Source: Macrostomum lignano
Lineage: Eukaryota
Assembly (NCBI GenBank): GCA_002269645.1
Contig: NIVC01001323.1
Coordinates: forward strand, 1-53,948
Length of the DNA stretch: 53,948 bases
Direction: 5' to 3'
How positions within the stretch are numbered: the stretch's first letter is position 1; every line of letters starts with the position of its first letter. The notes beneath the pieces are model-generated. The model made no database searches and was not told where the DNA came from. It worked only from the letters and a program-made list of their open reading frames with translations. Below are positions 47,500 to 53,948 of this stretch, piece by piece. Made by a program: the position numbers and the translations under genes.

Positions 47500-48876
47500 A
47501 TACAAGAAGACCCGATTCTGAACATAACCGAGAGCATCCCGCGGCTCGTCAAGGCCCTCCGGATCTTCTACCGTTCCATCGCCCCTCAGTGGGTCTTTAA
47601 TTTAGACGCCCTAGGGTTAAGTTGAAATAGGTCAGATGAATGAGTCCTTTCCCTGAAAATTCAGAACATTGGTTAACCGCGCATTCGTTGGAAACATTTC
47701 AGATCAAAATGAACGCGCTTGAACACTAAAAAATCTTGGCTGACTAGACTCGCCCCTTCTCAGTGGTATTATTCTATGCCATCTATACACACAGGAAAAA
47801 AAACAAGAGAAAAATAACTCAAACAGCAAAAAATATTTCTCACCAAATGCCCAAGCTCAAAAATAGGTTAGCTAATGGAAAAGAAACTGGAGACTGAAAC
47901 TCCATTTAAAATCTTGACAGTCTAAATGGAATTTTCCTCGCTGCAGGGGAAAGACTACGTTTTTTTCCACACAGTGTGCTGCACTCTTAAAAACAATGAA
48001 AGCGAGGCTGGATATAAACTAGCATAGAAAAAATAGGAGCTGCTTCTTGTGTCTTACACCGAGTTTTATGGCTGCCTACTATAGTTTTATTTTTTTTCAT
48101 ATGGCGACTTGACATACTCAGGACAGCGGGAAAAAATATGAAAGAGCTCTAGCTGGAGCATAGGCAAGCGAAGCCTCATAGTCATTGTGTTTATAACGCT
48201 GAGCTTCTCATGCTCAAGAATGCATATTTGAGTAGCTTGCACTGCGTCAGCCGAAAAGGCTAGAGAGAGCTGCTTGTCATCCTCAGCTGGCGTGATACCA
48301 AAAAGCACCGCAGGGGTTAGGGGTAGCCCAGTGCAGGATTGATAACTCGGCTGCCTCCAGCCCCTCTCTGCCCCAGTAAGTGGGCGTTAAAGGACGTTTT
48401 TGTACAAAACTTGCACGCTGTTCTGCAGATCTAGCCAAGCTTATTACTGAGCTGACTAGAATAAAGCGAGGGGACCGAGGGGTCGAAATGCTTCACTTAT
48501 GAATCCATGTAGAAAACCCTGAGAAGACTATATTACCCTCTCAATACGCTGCAAGAGTGGTCGATTCCAAGATTCATCGCTCTGAGCACAATGGCTTGCA
48601 CCCACGGAGAGAGGTGCAGGGGCTCTGATAGACAATAGGAATGGGCCCATCTTCAAGCAGTGGGTTTCGTTTTTCACCGCGGTTACTCAATTCTCTCTCT
48701 CTCTCTCTCAACCCAAAAACGCAATCACGTGCACGACGAAAAAGAGATGGACTGTGACTGCCTCACCCATGACGGAGTCGCAACAGGGCCATCGCGTTGT
48801 CTCGCCCAACTGCATAAACCAACAACCCCCCACGCTTCCACCCCACCCAGGGCGAGCCCCAACTGCTGGCTGTTTT

Positions 48877-48884
48877 TATAAGAG
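48877..48884 (+). promoter_or_regulatory. Possible TATA box of the SLC6 gene
   Basis: TATAAGAG about 165 bp upstream of the predicted ATG; motif match only. Confidence 0.3.
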
Positions 48885-49044
48885 AGCGCTTTTTGTTTGC
48901 CACCGCTCTCCGCCTTTCTCTTGCGGTAGCTTTCGTCTAGTAGCGTTTATAACAAAAATTATACACTGGCCTTCTCAATTTCGTCTGCAATCGACAGTGC
49001 CATTTCAAGCAGTCGTCAATACATCTCAAAAACTTGTCTGAACA

Positions 49045-52000
49045 ATGAGCAAGGTGGTAAGTTAGAACTGAACTGAAGTTTACGGATGTTTTCTCTGTTT
49101 ATCTCTGTAAGGTAATATCGGTAAACTCGTAGACGAGGCTGTACGCTCATATGTCTTTGATGAGCATCACAAAGAAAAAATAAATGCAGTTACGTATGCC
49201 TTTATCGGTTTGCTTGTTCTTTGCTTGTAGGAATAAGAAATCCGAGTGTAGCCAAATTATTGTTTTGAGCTTGTAATAGATTAACAAAAACATTGCAAGA
49301 ATCATCTATATCAAATCTACTGTCGTTCTACTAGTACGTTTGATTCTAAGAAATTTGTCTAGCGACTTTAGCTACAAAGTTTTTCTCAGACTTGAAAGGC
49401 AATTCTGCCACGATAACTACAAATCCGTGGTGAAACTCGAATTCCAGCAAGAGTTCCAAGGCGGCAGCGGCCTGGATATGCAGCCTATGGGCTCGACTAA
49501 CATGGAGGGCATGCCTGGCGAGGAGGGCGGCGACGAGAACAAGGAGCGCGGCAACTGGACCGGCCGGTTCGACTTCATCCTCTCTGCTATCGGATTCGCC
49601 GTCGGTCTTGGCAACGTGTGGCGATTCCCCTACCTCTGCTACTCAAATGGAGGCGGCGCCTTCCTCATCCCGTACGTCATCATGTTGGCTGTGGCCGGAT
49701 TGCCGCTGTTCTATTTCGAGCTGTCGTTCGGACAGTTCGCCAATCTGGGGCCGGTCACTATCTGGCGGGCCAGTCCTATCTTGAAGGGTGAGTAGAATTT
49801 AATTTAATTCAATTTTTACTTTATTTCATCTATGTTATTATTATTATTACTGTATTATCTAAAAAAAGATTTTTTATATCTCTACTGTTAGTAGCGCACT
49901 ATGAATTAATAATGAGAAAAATGCGGACTTAACATTGTAGCCAGCAATTGCACCTGATTAAAAGTTACCTGGGTTCTCTTCTCTCGTAGCTAATGCTAAG
50001 TTAGTCTTGGATCAGGGGCTTGGAAAAACAAAATTTATAAAAAGTTCTGTCTTAGATTAGAACAGTATAATAGGCACATTACATGAGAGTATGGGATGGG
50101 GTACATTTTATTATGCATGGTAGTGTCAGTTTGGAAACTCGTCCCGCAAATATCTGTTTTTAAAAAAATTCTTAGAAATTCACAATTGCGATAAACAAAA
50201 TATAATTTACCGTGAACCGTGAAACCGACCTAACCTGCCAGGCACTGGCTGGGCCATGGTGTCCATCTCGGCTCTGGTCTGCATCTATTATAACATCATC
50301 ATTGCCTGGTCGCTGTACTACCTATTCGCCTCGTTTAACTCGGCCGTGCCCTGGCGCAACTGCGACAACGAATGGAATGATCTGCGCTGCCGCGACCTGA
50401 CGCAGAACACCACCAATGCGACTCACAATGTGGCTGGAAACCTGAAGGCCGGATTCAACCGTAAGTTGCGATTTTGTCATTGGCTTTCAAATACAAATGA
50501 ACTGATTATGCGTCCATGATATCAGGGACGTCATCATGTAAATTAGGGATAAATTTCCATGTATTAATTTTCATTTATTCATCTCATATTTTTTAATCCA
50601 TCCGAATTTCAGCTAATCCTATGCCATGCAACGCAACGATAACCGTGAACTGCACCAAGTACCAAACACCGAGCGAACAATACTTTGAGTGAGTGACCAT
50701 AAAGCAATTCTATTATTTAACATCGAAAACTGGGCAATAGCAATTCCTATCCTGCATACTTTTAGTCGCGTGGTGCTGGGCTACACCAGCTACACCGGCG
50801 TGGACAGGAAGATGACCGAGTTTATCGGCGTGCCGCAGTGGCACGTGACTCTGTGCCTGCTGCTTGCCTGGATCCTTGTCTACGTCTGCCTTGTCAAGGG
50901 CATCAAGTCTTCGGGCAAAGTGAGTTAAATCATTAAAAAGACAGTGGGGCAAAAAGTTTATTATTTGTAACAAACTATTTGTTTCCTATTTGGCAATCAC
51001 CAAAAATTACATCCGGTACAACCTTTCGCTGTCCTCGATCTCCAGGTCGTCTATTTTACAGCCACCTTCCCCTACGTGGTTTTGATCATTCTGCTGGTTC
51101 GGGGCGCCACTCTGGAAGGCGCTCTCGACGGTATTATCTTTTATCTGAAGCCGGACTTTTACCGTCTCGCTGACTCCAAGGTAAACAATTAAATATATGA
51201 ATACCTAGCTATACTATGGCTAGCTTTGTGCTGATGTGACAGTGCTAAAATCGAATTCTCAATCCTTTAATCCTACAGGTTTGGTCAGACGCTGCTGTTC
51301 AGATTTTCTACTCATTGGGAGTAGCTTTTGGTGGTCTGATGACAATGGCCAGCTACAATCGATTCCATAACAACTGCTACAGGTAGGCTTTATTAGATCG
51401 TTTTTTCTACTCGTTTTTAGTGAGAATAAAAAACTAAACCGTTTGTCCCATATTAACAGAGACGCCCTTGTGGTTGCCGTGATCAACTGCGGCACCTCTG
51501 TATTCGCCGGGTTTGTCATCTTCTCGGTGGTCGGTTTCATGGCCAAAAAGACCGGTCTGGCAGTGGCCGACGTGGCAACTCAAGGTCCCGGCCTGGCTTT
51601 TATTGCCTACCCGGAGGGCCTCGCCGCCATGCCGGTTGCTCCTCTGTGGAGCATCCTATTCTTCATCATGATCTTGACTCTGGGACTCGACTCGCAGTTC
51701 GCAATGATGGAAACTGTGCTCACCGCCCTCGCCGACGAATGGCCCTGGCTAAAGAAGACGTTCAAGCGTGAGGCGCTGTTTAAAATGGTTGTGTGCGTAA
51801 TCTTGTTCCTCCTGGGCATTCCGATCTGCTGTCCCGGCGGCATGTACCTGTTCACCCTGCTCAACAACTACTCGGCCTACTACAACTTGTTCTTGGTGTC
51901 GTTTGCCGAACTACTCGGAGTTTGCTACGTCTACGGCATCAAGAAGTTCGTCCGCGACATCAAGATGATGCTTGGCTTCTACCCCGGACCGTATTGGATC

Positions 52001-52950
52001 GGCTGTTGGATGTTTGTCACGCCTGTTATGATGGGTGTAAGTAAAAGACTTTTACAAAAACCATGGATGAAAAAAGCATGGATTGCTCTGAAGAATGAAG
52101 ATTCAGTAGTCAATCGCCGCAAACGGGGCTTCACGAAGTAAAATTGCACCCCCAAATATAAGGCAGACAATCGCAATCCAGGCTTTTATTTATCTAAGTA
52201 CTAAAATTGTACTAAAAATTTTCAACACTTACTACTAGTTACTTGTGCTGTCACTTTGTCACTAGTAACATTGAATTTACCTTAACCAAAGTTAAATATA
52301 GGCTAAATAGACCTGAATAAAAGAATTTCCGACCCCCCTCTGCAGTTCATTCTGATCTTTGGACTCACTCAATACGGCCGCTCAAGCTACGCTGACGAGC
52401 CCTTCACCGACTGGGGCGAAGCCCTGGCCTGGCTCATGATGATCAGCACTGCTATGTTCATCCCTGGCTTTGCCATTTATGAGAGCTGCATCCGCGGCGC
52501 CAAAGAGGCCATGCAGGCGGCCGCCGCCGAGGCGCCCGAATGGGGCCCAGCCGTACAGAAGTACTGGCCAGACAGCCGGCGCTACCAGGAGAAGCTTGAC
52601 CGGCTGATCGCCGATCGAGAGGCTCGCGAGAATGCCGCGTGAGTAGAATTTACTAACTCGCACATGGGTGTCGCCACCGTCGGTCCCCAGAATGAGAGCC
52701 TGCCTGCGGCGCCAAAATGCGTGCTAACAGCACCGCTTATCAAAATAATGTACATGTAGCAATAATGTATAGTCATTTACATGTAGAGTTCTTGGCTTTG
52801 CCCCCCACCATAAAATCCATGGCGAGCCCCTAAAAGCAGCAACTCAAAATTGACAAAAAAAACTTTTATTGGCTTCTGACACTTTCCAGCGGCCTTGACA
52901 ACGGAGACGGCTCGCGAATTGACGGCGTGGACAACAGCGGCTTCAACTAA
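49045..52950 (+). CDS. SLC6: Sodium/chloride-dependent SLC6 transporter, amino-acid (glycine/proline/ATB0,+-like) branch
   Basis: Exons 49045-49056, 49448-49787, 50242-50460, 50613-50688, 50766-50919, 51046-51180, 51279-51382, 51460-52036, 52346-52638 and 52890-52950, all GT-AG with matching phases. Motifs [65 protein letters not shown] and LGLDSQF. The first micro-exon is inferred. Confidence 0.95.
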
Positions 52951-53696
52951 AACTGAGAAGCCCTGAATTCTCGTTTCTACGACTAAATGATTAATTTTTC
53001 GACGTAGCTTAAGATTTATTGGACAAAAATCACAAAAACACGCAACGGACGTGATTACTCTAACACTATATATCAAAAACTGTGAAAGTTTAACAGTGTA
53101 TTGTATTCTTTTATTATCACTTTACTATGCATAGCGGACTATCAAAGAAGCACGTAAATATTTTGCATTAATATATATAATGCACCAAAATTGTTATTAT
53201 GGCCCCACTCACATTTTTTGTTTTACTAAACTAATTGGTTTGATTTGCCAGAAAGTTTTTGTAAGTTTTATTGAAATTTTTCTGCCTCAGTATATTTTTT
53301 TGTATTTTTATATGCTGTTGAATTACTCAGTAAGTAGTTCTGGTGCCGACTGATTATGTGTAAAGTTTTCCAATTTTTAAACAATAAATAGCTTCCAATC
53401 TTAGTTGTTTGCCCATTTTAATCCCTCACTCCATATATTTTTTCATTGCGATGCCTTATTTAAAAAGCTACTTTGCGGGACAAAAAATAACGAAACAAAC
53501 TCTGAAGCCTTTCCACTAAAGTGACATTTAAAAAAGAATTGGGTCGTTTATAAAATTTGAAACTCAATTGGTGTTTTTGTTTGTATTTTGGTCTCGTTTG
53601 TTTAATTTAAATTCGCCACCGACAAAGAAAGAGAAAGAGAAACTGTTTCTGCGCGAGCTATTTCATACAGGGTTCGATTAAACTGAATCGGCGGAA

Positions 53697-53948
53697 TTAG
53701 CAGGAAGGCCTGGGCATGTCGGTGTCGTACAAATCGTATCCGTTCTTGTGCTTCTTCAGCCTGCGACCAGTTGAGCACTGCGGACCCGGCTCCGGCGGTG
53801 GGCACTTCTTGCCCGGGCAGCAGATGTTGTAGCGATCGAATAGGCTCTGGGCTGGGTCCGGCTTCGCCTGCGGAGTCTTCGGCGGCTTGCACTTCGGGGG
53901 CGGTGGCGGTGGCGGCGGCGGCGGTGGCGGGGCACAGCTGGGACAGCC
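53697..53948 (-). CDS. 3' end of an unknown proline/cysteine-rich protein (runs off window end)
   Basis: Open frame of 83 codons plus stop with GC-rich codon usage: GCPSCAPPPPPPPPPPPPKCKPPKTPQAKPDPAQSLFDRYNICCPGKKCPPPEPGPQCSTGRRLKKHKNGYDLYDTDMPRPSC*. This frame was missed by the ORF track because it has no start codon in the window. Confidence 0.7.
   Translation of the reverse strand, partial: GCPSCAPPPPPPPPPPPPKCKPPKTPQAKPDPAQSLFDRYNICCPGKKCPPPEPGPQCSTGRRLKKHKNGYDLYDTDMPRPSC

Noticed and set aside
48090-48640. Coding-like degenerate segment upstream of SLC6
   Set aside because: No diagnostic motif; probably old TE debris but not assignable by eye.
52690-52730. Alternative SLC6 terminal exon after cccag ([12 protein letters not shown])
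   Set aside because: Phase-compatible, but the acceptor is weak, and the 52890 exon gives a better acceptor and ending.

Overview
Eukaryotic (invertebrate animal) genomic DNA with spliced genes; there are no prokaryotic features, CRISPR arrays or rRNA/tRNA genes. The style (GC-rich exons, AT-rich short introns, long minisatellite-filled introns) reminds me of the flatworm Macrostomum, but that is a guess. Host genes: two tandem paralogs of a small secreted WSC-domain protein (minus; 1-478 partial and 5112-6750), an ASPP-family gene (minus, 13833-24762), NMNAT (minus, 33094-38391), a disrupted secreted C-type lectin/PAN-like gene (minus, 44561-45322), an intact 10-exon SLC6 transporter (plus, 49045-52950) and the 3' end of an unknown Pro/Cys-rich protein (minus, 53697 to window end). 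Mobile DNA: DIRS/Ngaro, Tc1, RTE, BEL/Pao and R1/Loa-like remnants; a near-intact IS630/Tc1-type element with DD33E spacing and IR/DR-type TIRs; a full-length tRNA-derived SINE with target-site duplication; a MITE; and two foldback elements with inverted arrays of 13-14 bp units. About 15.5 kb of 11.3-38 kb consists of unrelated 21-32 bp minisatellites, a different one in each long intron, several with higher-order periodicity. Several reading frames break at single-base indels in homopolymers, which may be sequencing errors rather than real pseudogenisation. All gene models were spliced by hand, and no database search was run.
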